64,000 bases of DNA. Origin: Myxococcales bacterium (GTDB taxonomy: Bacteria; Desulfobacterota; Binatia; HRBIN30). The notes beneath the pieces are model-generated. The model was given only the letters and a program-made list of their open reading frames with translations, was not told the DNA's origin and made no database searches. Positions within the stretch are counted from its first letter, which is position 1. Every line of letters starts with the position of its first letter. The stretch covers positions 1 through 64,000 of the forward strand of contig JBBILD010000013.1 of assembly GCA_037445065.1 (NCBI GenBank), in the 5' to 3' direction. Of this stretch, positions 48,265-59,550 are shown piece after piece. Made by a program: the position numbers and the translations under genes.

Positions 48265-49827
48265 TTACGGAGGAACGATGCGGAAGATCTCGCCGCCGAG
48301 ATCCACGATGTAGAGTTCCCCCCGCGCATCCTCCCCGAACGAGGCAATCTGATCAATGGAAACGCCGCTGCTCTCCAGTTCAGCCGTGCGATCCTGGTGA
48401 TCCGTGGCCACTCCCCCCACCACTCGGAAGGTGCGCACGAAGGCGGAGCAAAAGTCCCCGTAGAAGTACGTGCCGTGCAAATCGGGCATCTTGCAGCCAC
48501 GGTAGACGTATCCGCCGGTGACCGAGCAACCCTGCGTGTGATCGTATTCGTGAATGGGGTTCACGAATGGGCTGGGGTCGCAGGAAGCGCTACTCGGGAA
48601 ACAGTGCGCGTTTCCTTCCACGATGTTCCAGCCGTAGTTCGCCCCGCCAGCAAAGCCGGCTGGCTGGAAGTTCATTTCCTCGAAGCGGTTCTGCCCCACA
48701 TCGGCAATGTACAAGTCTCCGTTCTGGCGGTCGAAACTGTACCGCCACGGATTACGCAACCCGAGTGCCCAAATTTCGTCCAGGGGTGGTCCTGAACCCA
48801 CGAAGGGATTGGACGGCGGGATGCCGTACGGGGAGGCGGCGTCCACGTCGATGCGCAGCATCTTTCCCAGAAACGTCGAAGGGTTTTGCGCGTTCCCCTG
48901 CGGGTCCCCCGCGCTGCCTCCGTCGCCGAGGCCGATGTACAAGTATCCGTCCGGACCAAAGGCCAAGTGCCCTCCGTTGTGATTGGCAAAGGGCTGGTTC
49001 ACCTGGAGTACGACGGTGGCGGAAGTGGGATCTGCCACGTCGGGGTCGGACGACACGCGATAGCGGGCCACCACCGTGTGGCCGCTCGTGTTGGTGTAGT
49101 TCACGAAAAAGTAGCCGTTCTCCGCGTAACGCGGGTGGAACGCGAGGCCGAGCAGACCCTGCTCGGGCCCGGTCGAAACCTGCCCGGCCAGGTTGAGGAA
49201 GGGTGTGGGCAGCAACGCACCCCACTTGAGGATGCGGATGCGGCCGGTCTTCTCCACAATGAACAAGCGGCTTACGTCGCGCGGCGGCGCAGTAACGAAC
49301 ACCGGCTGGGAAAGCCCGCTGATCACCCGCTCGGCACGTACCGCAGTGCCGCTCACGGGCACCACCCCCGCGCACACATCGTTGCAAGCACCGCCCTCGA
49401 TCTGGCAAGTGGGTGAGCACAGGTCGCCGGGGGTCAAGTTCCCATCGTCACACTGCTCGCCCGGTTCGAGCACGCCGTTGCCGCACGCCGCCGAGGTGCA
49501 CACGTGCGCAAAGCCACTGCCGAGCAGGGAGGTATACGAGAGGCCACTGCCGATCAGTGCTGAGCGCGCTAAGCAGTCGAGGCGGGCTGGGTTTTCCGCC
49601 GGGCATCGCTCCACCAGGCGTGCCGCCAGGATGTCCAACGCGCGGTTGAGCCGATCGCATTGGAACCCGCGCGGCAAGCGGTGGACCACGCATTTGCGGG
49701 CGCTGTTCATCACCGCGCTCACGTAGCGAGCCGCGCGGCTCTCGCAGGTCTCGATCCCAGCCCGACCCGGCGCCGCCAAGCACAGCGACGCCAGCGATCC
49801 CCAAAGCAGAACGGCACGAGTACGCAT
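48265..49827 (-). CDS. PQQ-dependent glucose/sorbosone dehydrogenase family protein with Cys-rich repeat
   Basis: CGNG..EPGEQCDDGN..GD.CS..C repeat; EQGLLGLAFHP, NHNGG.L.FGPDG.LY, GLRNPWR.SFD, SFGED..GELY. Confidence 0.88.
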   Translation of the reverse strand: MRTRAVLLWGSLASLCLAAPGRAGIETCESRAARYVSAVMNSARKCVVHRLPRGFQCDRLNRALDILAARLVERCPAENPARLDCLARSALIGSGLSYTSLLGSGFAHVCTSAACGNGVLEPGEQCDDGNLTPGDLCSPTCQIEGGACNDVCAGVVPVSGTAVRAERVISGLSQPVFVTAPPRDVSRLFIVEKTGRIRILKWGALLPTPFLNLAGQVSTGPEQGLLGLAFHPRYAENGYFFVNYTNTSGHTVVARYRVSSDPDVADPTSATVVLQVNQPFANHNGGHLAFGPDGYLYIGLGDGGSAGDPQGNAQNPSTFLGKMLRIDVDAASPYGIPPSNPFVGSGPPLDEIWALGLRNPWRYSFDRQNGDLYIADVGQNRFEEMNFQPAGFAGGANYGWNIVEGNAHCFPSSASCDPSPFVNPIHEYDHTQGCSVTGGYVYRGCKMPDLHGTYFYGDFCSAFVRTFRVVGGVATDHQDRTAELESSGVSIDQIASFGEDARGELYIVDLGGEIFRIVPP

Positions 49828-50210
49828 GGGACTCTCCCTCCCCGGAATGTGAACCTCATTCTACGCGACGACCTGCCCAAGGAAAGCGGATTTTTTGCCC
49901 CCAACCCTTCGGCGAGCGCATCGGAGTGCTCCGCAACCACGCATCCTCGCCGAGCCCGCCAGCGAAACGGGTGAGCTCTCAGGTTCGCTTGAGTTCCAAA
50001 CCGCATCGTCTTCCGTATATGGGTAGCAGGGCTGCCTGCGTCCGAGCGAGAAGATCCGCGGTATCAGAGCACGAAGGCGTGTGACAAAGCAGAAAACTGG
50101 GTTGCCGCGAAGATTGCCCAGCGCCGCCGCGTCCCTTCGCCAGGCCGCGGCCGCGATACGTGCCGAAACTCTGTCAGGGCGGCCCGCGCGCCGTGCACGC
50201 CCGACACCAC

Positions 50211-51014
50211 GGGCGGCCACAAGGGCCGCACGTACAGAGCCCAGGCGGCACCGGTGCCGGTGGCATGGCACGCCCGCGCCAAGGAAATGTAGGGGCAGGC
50301 CTTGTGCCTGCCCGTGTTGCAAATCGAACCGAATGCCCAAATGGTACCGCGGGCGGCGTGCGGTGTGTCACCACGACGCGGGTGTCCGCGCAACGCTGGT
50401 GCGGTGGGTGTCCATGCAACCAAGGCACGCTGCCACGGCCTCGGCCTGCCCGATCAAGGCCCCGTGCACGACCGGCACCACGGGCGGCCACAAGGGCCGC
50501 CCCTACATCCACGATCGAACCACCGTGCCGGCGGGTACGCCCATTCGCCATTCGCAATGCACCGCTCGCCGCGGGCACCCACCAGGGTGGGCCCTGCATG
50601 TCCGAGGGGGCACCGGTCTAGCGACGTGCCTCCGGGCGCCACCACAAGGTGGGTGTCTACGAAACGTGCACTCGTGCCGATGTGGTCGCACGCCATCGCC
50701 AAGGACAGGAAATGTAGGGGCAGGGCTTGTGCCTGCCCGTGCCGCGAATCCGACGGGATGCCGCATCGCAGGGTACCCACCGCATCAGGTCGTGGTGCGG
50801 CACGCCCGATCGGACCACAAATGCCGAATCGCACCACGGGCGGCCACAAGGGCCGCCCCTACACCACTTGGGGACGCGGTCCCGGGTCGGGGGCCCCATC
50901 GCAAAGTGGGTGTCCACGGAACGCGCGCACGTGCCGTACCCCCATTCACCATTTGCCCGGCCCACCGCTCGCTGCTCCCCGCTCGCTGTTCGCTCTTATA
51001 AGGGCCGCCCCTAC
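50211..51014. repeat. Cluster of GTAG-family REP palindromes (BIME/REPIN-like)
   Basis: GTAGGGGC(A/G)G(C/G)CCTTGTG(G/C)C(C/T)GCCC-type 25-mers at 50211-50235(-), 50289-50313(+), 50482-50506(-), 50714-50738(+) and 50838-50862(-). Degenerate copies at 50573-50597 and 50634-50660, and a half copy at 51000-51014. Confidence 0.85.
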
Positions 51015-51103
51015 GAACTGCCGAAGATGAGAACTTCCAGATCCGCGCCTCCAAAAGCGCAAGGTCGCGCGCGAGCCTCCGGCCAGCGGGCGCAAGGGCG
51101 CAC

Positions 51104-52333
51104 TCAGGTGCGGTACGCGGCGTTGAAGTGGACGTAGTCGGGCGTCAGGTCCGAGCAAAACCTGCGACTCGACGCCTTTCCCGCGCCCAAGTCAATCCGC
51201 AGCGTAAACTCCTCGCGAGCCACGATGGCGGCTGCCTCTTGTTCCACAGCCAGAACCAGTTCGCGCCCGCCGCGCACCACTTCGAGGCCGTCGAGCCAGA
51301 TCCGCAAACGCTGCGGCTCGAAGTACGCGCCGCTGTACCCGAGGGCGCACACCACTCGCCCCATGTACGGATCGCCACCATGAAACGCAGCCTTACACAG
51401 GGGCGAGCGCGCTACGGCATCGGCCGCGCGTTCGGCATCGCGCGCGTTCTTGGCTCCGCGCACTTCCACCACGACCAGCCGCGAGGCGCCTTCGCCGTCG
51501 CGCACGACCAACCGTGCGAGCTCCTCCATCACCTCCCAAAACGCCTGGCGCAAGCGCGCAAAGGATGTGGAACGGAGGCCCACTGGTTCGTGCTCGACGG
51601 CACCGCTGGCGAGCAACACCACGGTGTCGTTGGTACTGGTGTCGCCATCCACCACGGCCGCGTTAAACGAGCGGGGCAGGCCACCGCGTAAAATCGCCGC
51701 CAGCGCCGCGCCATCGAGTTTGGCATCCGTCAGCAGGTAGGCGAGCAAGGTCGCGTGTGGGGCAAGGCGCATTTTCGGGGCAATCATCCCGGCGCCTTTG
51801 GCCATTCCCGCCACGGTCACGGCGGCGCCATGGACCTCGACTTGGCGCACGGCAAACTTGGGAAAGGCATCGGTGGTCATGATCGCGTCCAAGGCATCAT
51901 GGAAGTGATCCGGCGCAAGCGCGCGCGCGGCAGCACGGATGCCGCGCTCTACTGCGTCCATCGGTAACGGCACCCCTATGCGGCCAGTGGAGCTGGGCAG
52001 AATCCAGCGCTCGCCAATGCCCAAGGCGGAGGCCGCCACACGGCACATGGCGCGCGCGTCGGCCACACCCTGTCGCCCGGTAAACGCGTTTGCGTTGCCA
52101 CTGTTGACCACGATGGCCTGCAAGCGAAACGGCTGATGCCGTGCCCGCTCGAGTCCGACCAGCACAGGAGCTGCCTTGACCCGGTTGGTGGTAAACGCAG
52201 CCGCAGCCGGAACGGGCCGCTCTGCGCAGATGATCGCCAGGTCTGGCCTCCCGGATTCTTTGATCCCGCACGCCACGCCTGCAAAGCGGAATCCCCCCAC
52301 ACGCACTGGGGGTCTTCCCAGATCTACCCTCAT
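51104..52333 (-). CDS. argJ: Bifunctional ornithine acetyltransferase/N-acetylglutamate synthase
   Basis: FTTN.V.AAPV, NSGNANAFTG, IMTTD, KGAGMIAP, ATLL, DGDTSTND, DGEGA, YVHFNAAYRT. Confidence 0.95.
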   Translation of the reverse strand: MRVDLGRPPVRVGGFRFAGVACGIKESGRPDLAIICAERPVPAAAAFTTNRVKAAPVLVGLERARHQPFRLQAIVVNSGNANAFTGRQGVADARAMCRVAASALGIGERWILPSSTGRIGVPLPMDAVERGIRAAARALAPDHFHDALDAIMTTDAFPKFAVRQVEVHGAAVTVAGMAKGAGMIAPKMRLAPHATLLAYLLTDAKLDGAALAAILRGGLPRSFNAAVVDGDTSTNDTVVLLASGAVEHEPVGLRSTSFARLRQAFWEVMEELARLVVRDGEGASRLVVVEVRGAKNARDAERAADAVARSPLCKAAFHGGDPYMGRVVCALGYSGAYFEPQRLRIWLDGLEVVRGGRELVLAVEQEAAAIVAREEFTLRIDLGAGKASSRRFCSDLTPDYVHFNAAYRT

Positions 52334-52384
52334 CCCCTCTTCCTCGCCGGGCGCAGGATTACCGCCTGCGCGGCGCCAATTCCG

Positions 52385-55300
52385 TCACGACCCGTGACAC
52401 TTCTTGTACTTCTTGCCGCTACCGCACGGGCACGGGTCGTTGCGACCCACCTTGGGCACACCACGAGCGGGAGCGGCTGTTGCCGCTGCACTGGCCACCA
52501 CGCGCCGCACCTGTTGCGCCGGGTTGGCGGCCACCGGGGCCCCGCCGCCGCTCATTGCCAAGCGGGCTGGCTGCGGGCGGCGCTCCATTTGTTCCAAGTC
52601 TTGCTCCCGCGCAATTTGCACGGTGAAGATCTTTTCGACCACATCCCGCTCGAACTGTTGCATGAGGTTCTCGAACAGTTCGAACGCTTCCTTCTTGTAC
52701 ACTTGCAAGGGGTTTTGCTGCGCGTAGCCGCGCAGGCCGATGCCCTCCTTTAAGTGATCCATGGAGAGCAAGTGGTCTTTCCAAAGGTTGTCCAAAGTTT
52801 GCAGCAGGACGATTTTCTCGAGGTGGCGCAGGATCGGCGCCCCGAACGTTCGTTCCTTCTCTTCGTAATGCGCGCGCACTTGTTCGATCAGGCGCTGCTC
52901 CAGCTCCCCGACGGCGATCGAGCCCCGCTCCTCGGGCGAAATCTGGGGCCGGAAGGCAAAGGTTTTGTAGACCGTGTCATCCAGCGCTTGCCAATCCCAC
53001 TCGCTGGGCGGGGTGTCCTTGTCCGTGTACTGCTCGATGAGATCCAGCAGCACGTTTTCGGCCATGTCGAGCAAGTCGCGCTTTAAATTCTCGCGCGCCA
53101 AAATTTCCCGCCGTCGAGTGTAAATCACTTCGCGCTGCTGGTTCATGACGTCGTCGTACTCCAGCAAGTGCTTGCGGATATCGAAGTTGTGGGCTTCCAC
53201 TTTAGACTGCGCGTTGGCGACGGCGCGAGAGATGAGCCGGTGCTCGATGGGCTCCCCTTCTTCCATGCCGAGCCGCGTCATGAGGCCCTGGATGCGGTCG
53301 GCCCCGAAGATGCGCAGCAAATCGTCTTCCAAGGAAAGATAGAACCGTGAAGCGCCGGGATCGCCTTGGCGTCCCGACCGGCCCCGCAACTGGTTATCGA
53401 TCCGCCGACTCTCGTGCCGCTCCGTGCCGATGATCATGAGGCCGCCCGCCGCAATGACCTTTTCTCTCTCCTCGGCGCAAAGCTTCTGGTAGCGGGTGAG
53501 GATTTCCTGATAGCGCTCTTGGATCGTGTCGGTTGCCTTCTCCATTTCTTCGCGCACGTCTTCCACCACTTTGGTGTATTTGCGCCGCAACTCTTCGTAT
53601 TCCGCGTGCGCAGCAGCGACCGCCTCTTCGTATGGTTTGCGATACTCGAGGTAGGCCGCCTCCGCCTCGCGGAACTCGCGCTCGGTCTCTCGGTAAACGC
53701 GCTCAGCTTCGGCGAATTCCCTGCCATCCCCTTCGCTCTGCCGCAGCGCTTTTTGGATGGCTCGCTCGTAGTCCTGCCGCGCCCGTTCGAACTGAGCGAG
53801 GGCAGCGCTCAAGCGGTTACTCTGCGCAGCGCCATTGCTAGCCGCCTCGCTGAAGGCCTGGATCATTTCCTCGAGTGCCTGCGCAAAACGCTGCTGCCCC
53901 TCTTCGCCCAAGAACGGACCGCACACGCGGTCAATTTCCTGCAGCGCCTCCGCGTACGTGCGGGCAGAGGCCACGCAACTCCCCGCCGCCTCCACCGAGG
54001 GCTCGTTTTGCCAGCGCCCGAGCGCGGCGAACATGGCCGCCCGTTCCTTCCAGAAGGCCGCCTCCAAGAAGGCACGGTGCGCCTCGGTGAGGCGGTGCAA
54101 CGCATCGGCCTGCTTTTCTTCCCACGGCTTCCACAGGGGCTCGTACTGGCGGCGCGCCGCTTCGACTTTCTCCTCGTAGGCGTCGCGCAGCTTCTGCAGG
54201 ACATCCTCGTAACGCTGGCCGCCTTGGGGAAGCCCTTGCGCACGCTGCAGCCACTCGTTTTCCATGTCGGCCCGCGCCAAAAACTCGGGGTTTCCGCCGA
54301 GCAAGATGTCGGTGCCGCGTCCGGCCATGTTGGTCGCGATGGTCACCGCTCCGAAGCGGCCCGCTTGCGCGATAATGTTCGCCTCCGCCTCGTGGTTCAC
54401 GGCATTGAGCACGTTGTGTTTGATGCCGCGTTGTTTGAGCAGTTTCGACAAGCGTTCCGATTTTTCCACCGACACCGTACCCACCAGCACCGGCTGACCG
54501 CGCTGGTGGCATTCGGCCACTTGTTCGACCACCGCTTGGAACTTCTCGCGCTCGGTCTTGTACACCACGTCCGGGTAATCCACGCGGATCATGGGCTTGT
54601 TGGGCGGGATAACCACCACGTCCAGCTTGTAGATCTTCTTGAACTCCACCGCTTCGGTGTCGGCGGTGCCAGTCATCCCCGCAAGTTTCTTGTACATGCG
54701 GAAGTAGTTTTGGATGGTGATCGTGGCGAGGGTTTGGTTTTCGCGCTCGATGCGCACCCCTTCTTTGGCCTCCACCGCCTGGTGTAAGCCATCCGACCAG
54801 CGCCGCCCGGGCATGAGGCGGCCAGTGAACTCGTCCACAATGATCACCTGCCCGTCCTTGACGATGTAGTCCACGTCGCGCTGGAAGATGGCGTGCGCTT
54901 TCAGGGCTTGGTTGACGTGATGCAAAATGTCGATGTGCCGGGGGTCGTACAAATTGGTGATGCCGAGCAGTCGCTCCACCTTGGCCACGCCTTGCTCGGT
55001 TAGAACTGCGGTGCGCGCTTTTTCGTCCACCCAGTAATCGCCAGTCTCTTCCGGGCGCTCGTCCGGACTTTTCTTCTCCTTGCGTTCACCCCGCTTCAGG
55101 CGCGGAATGATGCGGTTGATCACGTAGTACTTCTCGGTGGACTCCTCGGCCGGACCGGAAATGATCAGCGGCGTGCGCGCTTCGTCAATGAGGATATTGT
55201 CCACCTCGTCCACGATCGCGTAGTTCAGCTCGCGTTGGACATACTCCTCCAAGCTGAACTTCATGTTGTCGCGCAGGTAATCGAAGCCGAATTCGTGGTT

Positions 55301-56032
55301 CGTGCCGTACGTAATGTCAGCCGCATACGCCTCTTTGCGCTCGATCGGGCGCAGGTTGCGCATGCGGTAGTCCCGCACCACGTAGGTCGGATCGAACAGG
55401 TAGCTCGCCTCGTGCACGATAGCGGCTACCGAAACTGCCAGCAGATGGTAAATCGGGCCCATCCACTGTACGTCGCGCCGCGCCAGGTAATCGTTGACCG
55501 TTACCAAGTGGCAACCCCGCCCGGTGAGCGAGTTCAAGTACAACGGAGCCGTGGCCACCAGCGTTTTCCCTTCGCCGGTTTTCATTTCGGCGATGGCACC
55601 GCGGTGCAGCACGATACCGCCTAGCAACTGAACGTCGTAGTGACGAAGACCGGTGGTACGCTTCGATGCCTCGCGCACCAGCGCAAAGGCTTCGGGGAGA
55701 ATCTCTTCGAGCACGGCTTCTTCGGCAGCGCGCAGCCGTTTTTCTGCTCTTTCCAACTCTTCGCGAAGCCGGTCTTCCTCGTCCGGATCCTCGATGTCGG
55801 TGGCGTCCGCTAACGAGCGCTGGCGCGCACGCAGCTCCTCGAGTTCGCGCCGCTCGAGCGCGGTTTGCTCTTGCACCAGCAGGCGGAACTCTGCCGTTCT
55901 CGCCCGCAATTCTTCATTCGAGCGGCCCGCGACCGATTCTTCCAACGCATTGATTCGCTCGACAATCGGCCAGAGTTTTTTGAGTTCCCGCTCGTTCTTT
56001 GTCCCGAAAATTTTCTTGATCAGGTTCAGCAT
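52385..56032 (-). CDS. secA: Preprotein translocase SecA with large helical insertions
   Basis: [62 protein letters not shown]-terminal [18 protein letters not shown]. Confidence 0.98.
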   Translation of the reverse strand: MLNLIKKIFGTKNERELKKLWPIVERINALEESVAGRSNEELRARTAEFRLLVQEQTALERRELEELRARQRSLADATDIEDPDEEDRLREELERAEKRLRAAEEAVLEEILPEAFALVREASKRTTGLRHYDVQLLGGIVLHRGAIAEMKTGEGKTLVATAPLYLNSLTGRGCHLVTVNDYLARRDVQWMGPIYHLLAVSVAAIVHEASYLFDPTYVVRDYRMRNLRPIERKEAYAADITYGTNHEFGFDYLRDNMKFSLEEYVQRELNYAIVDEVDNILIDEARTPLIISGPAEESTEKYYVINRIIPRLKRGERKEKKSPDERPEETGDYWVDEKARTAVLTEQGVAKVERLLGITNLYDPRHIDILHHVNQALKAHAIFQRDVDYIVKDGQVIIVDEFTGRLMPGRRWSDGLHQAVEAKEGVRIERENQTLATITIQNYFRMYKKLAGMTGTADTEAVEFKKIYKLDVVVIPPNKPMIRVDYPDVVYKTEREKFQAVVEQVAECHQRGQPVLVGTVSVEKSERLSKLLKQRGIKHNVLNAVNHEAEANIIAQAGRFGAVTIATNMAGRGTDILLGGNPEFLARADMENEWLQRAQGLPQGGQRYEDVLQKLRDAYEEKVEAARRQYEPLWKPWEEKQADALHRLTEAHRAFLEAAFWKERAAMFAALGRWQNEPSVEAAGSCVASARTYAEALQEIDRVCGPFLGEEGQQRFAQALEEMIQAFSEAASNGAAQSNRLSAALAQFERARQDYERAIQKALRQSEGDGREFAEAERVYRETEREFREAEAAYLEYRKPYEEAVAAAHAEYEELRRKYTKVVEDVREEMEKATDTIQERYQEILTRYQKLCAEEREKVIAAGGLMIIGTERHESRRIDNQLRGRSGRQGDPGASRFYLSLEDDLLRIFGADRIQGLMTRLGMEEGEPIEHRLISRAVANAQSKVEAHNFDIRKHLLEYDDVMNQQREVIYTRRREILARENLKRDLLDMAENVLLDLIEQYTDKDTPPSEWDWQALDDTVYKTFAFRPQISPEERGSIAVGELEQRLIEQVRAHYEEKERTFGAPILRHLEKIVLLQTLDNLWKDHLLSMDHLKEGIGLRGYAQQNPLQVYKKEAFELFENLMQQFERDVVEKIFTVQIAREQDLEQMERRPQPARLAMSGGGAPVAANPAQQVRRVVASAAATAAPARGVPKVGRNDPCPCGSGKKYKKCHGS

Positions 56033-56229
56033 TGCCCTTTGCTCTTAGGCCGCGCCGGCCAGGCAGCCAAGCTCCCGCGCAGCGGCCCGCCGGGCCGATG
56101 AGCGCTGTGCCCACGCCGGCGGAGCATCCCTTTCCTCTCCTCCATTGCAACGACCGAGGGCTGACGTTAGCAGGGGCTGTGCGGGCGCGCACGCGATCCG
56201 GCTGGTCCCCGCGCCTGCCGTCTCCTCGC

Positions 56230-57063
56230 TCAGCGTTCGAGCCGCACCGCCGACTCCACCGGCTGGCCCATGAACCAGTGGCCAACCTTGATGAACCGTT
56301 CCGGAATATCGGTGACGAAAAAACTCAACGACCCGGGCTGCTGATCCCGCCGCTGTAATCTGCGCTCCTCGAGCAGCTCTTGTACGGCACGCGCTGTGGT
56401 CAACGCCGAGTCCACCAAACGCACGCTGCTGCCTAAAACCTCCTGGATCACCCCGGCGAGCAGCGGGTAATGCGTGCAGCCCAGAACCAAGGTGTCAATG
56501 CCGGAGCGTTTGAGACTGGTCAGGTACCGGCGCGCGGCGGCACGAGCGACGTCGTTGTCTACCCACCCCTCCTCCGCCAGCGGCACGAACAGCGGGCAGG
56601 CCCGAGTATAAATCTCGAGGCTTGCGTCCAACGCCTTGAGTGCGCGCGTGTAGGCGCCGCTGGCGATGGTGGCCTCGGTGCCGATCACCCCTACCTTCTT
56701 GTTCCGCGTCGCCGCCACGGCGGCGCGCGCACCCGGTTCGATGACGCCGACCACCGGGATGGACAGCTCTGACTGCAGCAGGTCGAGCGCTACCGCTGAA
56801 ACACTATTGCAGGCAACGACCAGCAGCTTGATGCCCTTGTCGAGCAAGAACGCCGCGTTTTCCAGCGCGTAGCGCCGGATCGTCTCGGCCGACTTGCTCC
56901 CGTACGGGGTCCGTGCCGTATCCCCCAAGTACACGACATGCTCGCGAGGCATCAGGCGGACGATCTGACGCACCACCGTGAGGCCGCCGATGCCAGAGTC
57001 GAACACGCCGATGGCCGCCTCGCTGGGTGCAGCGGCGCCGTGCTTGCCGCGCAAATTCCTCAT
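56230..57063 (-). CDS. murI: Glutamate racemase
   Basis: FDSGIGGLTV, PYG.KS, ACNS, LGCTHYP. Confidence 0.96.
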   Translation of the reverse strand: MRNLRGKHGAAAPSEAAIGVFDSGIGGLTVVRQIVRLMPREHVVYLGDTARTPYGSKSAETIRRYALENAAFLLDKGIKLLVVACNSVSAVALDLLQSELSIPVVGVIEPGARAAVAATRNKKVGVIGTEATIASGAYTRALKALDASLEIYTRACPLFVPLAEEGWVDNDVARAAARRYLTSLKRSGIDTLVLGCTHYPLLAGVIQEVLGSSVRLVDSALTTARAVQELLEERRLQRRDQQPGSLSFFVTDIPERFIKVGHWFMGQPVESAVRLER

Positions 57064-58139
57064 GCGCTCCTAGCCAAAATACGGGCTGCCAGCTCCCGGT
57101 CGGTCGGCGCAGCACCAAACGTCTTTTCCCATACCGCGACTGGCTCCATGCAAATGTAAAGCGGCACCTCCTCGCTCCATTGACGCAAGCGAGCCAACAT
57201 GTGCCGGTACATTTTCACCCTAAGCGGCCGCCAGGCGCGATGCTTCCCGTCCGGGTTGGGCACCAGTTCGCTCCAAATGACCCAGCTTGCACGGCCGCGG
57301 AGTTTGATGCGCTCGCGCAAAGCAGGGGTCAGGCGCAAATGCCCCAGACTCACCCACGCCACGCGGCGCGGATCCACCGCCGCTTCGAGCGCCCGGACCA
57401 CCGCATCGTACTCCTCTTCCCACCCGGGGAAAGCGATGAGCGGGTCGAAGTGAAAGCCGACCCGAAACCCGGCCCGCTGCACGCGCTCTGCTGCGGCCAG
57501 CCGCTCCTCCAGACTTACCGTTCCCGGCTCGTCGGCGGCAATCACGCTCGCAGCGTTGAGCGACCACGAGACCACCACATTCGGGAGCGGGCGATGCTCG
57601 AGGACACCGCCGACCTCGGCGCTCTTGGTTTTCAACTCGAGCACCGCGTTCGGGTGGCGAGCAAAAAACGGCAGGAGTTCCGCTGTATGGCCCGCCAACC
57701 AATCCAGCGCCAGGCTATCGATCAACTCCCCGGTGCCGATGCGAAACTGGCGCTGCGGGTGAGACAAAAGGACTCGTTCTACTTCGCACAGCGCTTCCGC
57801 CACGTTCGCATACAACTTCAACGCTGGCGCAGAAGCCAAGTATTCTTGGAGGAAACAGTACGTACAGTCGTAGGGGCAGTTGGAACCGAGCTGCAAGACC
57901 AGGTAGTTGCAGCATACCAAGCCCGCGGTCCCAGCCGGGCAGTGTTGCAGGAACGAGCCGCGCCGACGCGCCAGCACGAGACGCCGCTTGCCCTCGGCAA
58001 AATCCGTGCATTCGGCCTCGCGTGCCTGCCGCACGACGTGCCACGGGAGCTGCGGGAAGCAGCGGCGCACACGCTCGGCGAGCGGTGACGACACGACATC
58101 TTCTTCCACCCACACAGCGGTGGGGCTCCACTGCTTCAT
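57060..58139 (-). CDS. Spore photoproduct lyase-like radical SAM protein
   Basis: CPAG, CCNY, NCPYDCTYCFL (CxxxCxxC), GTGELIDSL, ELKTK, HFDP, YICME. Confidence 0.85.
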   Translation of the reverse strand: MKQWSPTAVWVEEDVVSSPLAERVRRCFPQLPWHVVRQAREAECTDFAEGKRRLVLARRRGSFLQHCPAGTAGLVCCNYLVLQLGSNCPYDCTYCFLQEYLASAPALKLYANVAEALCEVERVLLSHPQRQFRIGTGELIDSLALDWLAGHTAELLPFFARHPNAVLELKTKSAEVGGVLEHRPLPNVVVSWSLNAASVIAADEPGTVSLEERLAAAERVQRAGFRVGFHFDPLIAFPGWEEEYDAVVRALEAAVDPRRVAWVSLGHLRLTPALRERIKLRGRASWVIWSELVPNPDGKHRAWRPLRVKMYRHMLARLRQWSEEVPLYICMEPVAVWEKTFGAAPTDRELAARILARSA

Positions 58140-58672
58140 GGCGCTTCCTCTAGCAAGGCGAACACACGCTGGCAGGCATCCGAGCGCGCCCACTCGGCGA
58201 GCGACTGAAGGGTTTGTACGAACTGCTCTGGGCTGCGCGCAACAATCCGCACCTGAATTGCATCGCCTTCCAGATCCGGAGGAAGCTGCAGGTGAACCTC
58301 TGCCGGCAGGCGCGCCTCCCGCACAAGTGCGTGCAGTTCGTCCTCCACCGCCACCAGGTGAGGAAACCGGCGCCGACGCAACGCCTGCCGCACGAGCTTG
58401 AGGCGGTCGTTCCGGCTCAACCGGCGCTGCAAGGCTTCCCGAATGAGCGCATCGTCGAGCACCGCGCGAAGCGGAAGCGAATCCCGCGCGGCAACCTCCT
58501 CCGCCCACTCCCACAAGTCGCGCAGTTGGTTCTCTCCGAGCCGCAGCTCACGCACCAGCCGCCACAGCGCCTCACCGTCCGGCGGCGCCAAGCGCCGCCA
58601 GCGTTCACGCGTCGCAGCCGTAAAGTGCTTTTCCTCGCACCATGCCGCCATCCCTTCCGCCCACCCCGCCAT
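58136..58672 (-). CDS. Hypothetical helical protein
   Basis: Coupled to the flanking genes; LGENQLR..W...RRRFP.L...P..LEG pattern. Confidence 0.6.
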   Translation of the reverse strand: MAGWAEGMAAWCEEKHFTAATRERWRRLAPPDGEALWRLVRELRLGENQLRDLWEWAEEVAARDSLPLRAVLDDALIREALQRRLSRNDRLKLVRQALRRRRFPHLVAVEDELHALVREARLPAEVHLQLPPDLEGDAIQVRIVARSPEQFVQTLQSLAEWARSDACQRVFALLEEAP

Positions 58673-58674
58673 TC

Positions 58675-59550
58675 TCAAGCTGCCTCCCGTTCGCTTTCCG
58701 TCACGCACGTGCGCGCCCACTGCGCGAGCACCCGATAACGCTTTGCCTCTTCGTGCCGCCCGCGCTTTTCTGCCCCCGCGGCCAGGATTTCTACCTTGCG
58801 CTCCAGGGTGTCCAGCAGCGCGCGGGTGCGCGCCTGGCTGAGCCCACCCTCGGCAAGCAGCCGCAGGAGCGAGGCGACGCGGAAGCGATCCATACCCCAA
58901 AAGCGGCGCGAGAGTTGGTCGGGGTGGCCGCCGCGCTTGACGACCAGCGCCTCCGGACACAAGCCCACCGGATGCCGCCGCGCAATGCGCAGCCAGAGGT
59001 CATAATCTTCGCATGCCGGCAGGCTCGGATCGAACCCTCCGACTTCCTCCCACAGCGAACGATGGAGCAAGACCGCCGACGGACTCACCAAGCAGCGCTC
59101 GAGGGACGGCAAGAAGATGTCGCCCGCGGGCTTGCGGTGGTACGAGCGTGGCTGCACGCGCCGCCCGTGCCGGTACCAAATCTCTTCGGTCTGTGAAACC
59201 AAGTACCGGTGCTCGCGGGTAAAGGTGCACTGCCGCTCGAGTTTACGCGGCAGCCACCAATCGTCGGAGTCGAGAAACGCGATCCACTCACCGCGGCTGG
59301 CTTCTACCCCAGCGTTCCGTGCCGCTGCCACGCCGCGATTTTCCGCAAAGCGAAGGAGCTGAATGCGGTTGCCAAACGCTACTCTTAGCGCCTCTGCGGT
59401 GCCATCGTTGGAGCCGTCGTCCACGACCCAAAGGTCCACGGAAATTCCTTCCGGCAGACGCTGTGCCAGCACGGAGGCCACCGCCTGCTGCACCCAACCG
59501 CGCCGGTTCCACGTCGGGATGACCACACTCACTCGCACGGCAAGCGCCAT
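58675..59550 (-). CDS. Glycosyltransferase family 2
   Basis: VVIPTWNR, VVDDGSND, ARNAG, FLDSDD, CEDYDLWLR. Confidence 0.92.
   Translation of the reverse strand: MALAVRVSVVIPTWNRRGWVQQAVASVLAQRLPEGISVDLWVVDDGSNDGTAEALRVAFGNRIQLLRFAENRGVAAARNAGVEASRGEWIAFLDSDDWWLPRKLERQCTFTREHRYLVSQTEEIWYRHGRRVQPRSYHRKPAGDIFLPSLERCLVSPSAVLLHRSLWEEVGGFDPSLPACEDYDLWLRIARRHPVGLCPEALVVKRGGHPDQLSRRFWGMDRFRVASLLRLLAEGGLSQARTRALLDTLERKVEILAAGAEKRGRHEEAKRYRVLAQWARTCVTESEREAA

Noticed and set aside
50064..51137. Multiple long overlapping ORFs across the REP cluster, and the cluster as a CRISPR array
   Set aside because: The translations merely reflect GC-rich repeats, and the units are irregularly spaced in both orientations, unlike CRISPR.
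53476..54280. SecA insertion as an intein
   Set aside because: No Cys/Ser start, His-Asn end or LAGLIDADG motifs; the composition is helical coiled-coil.
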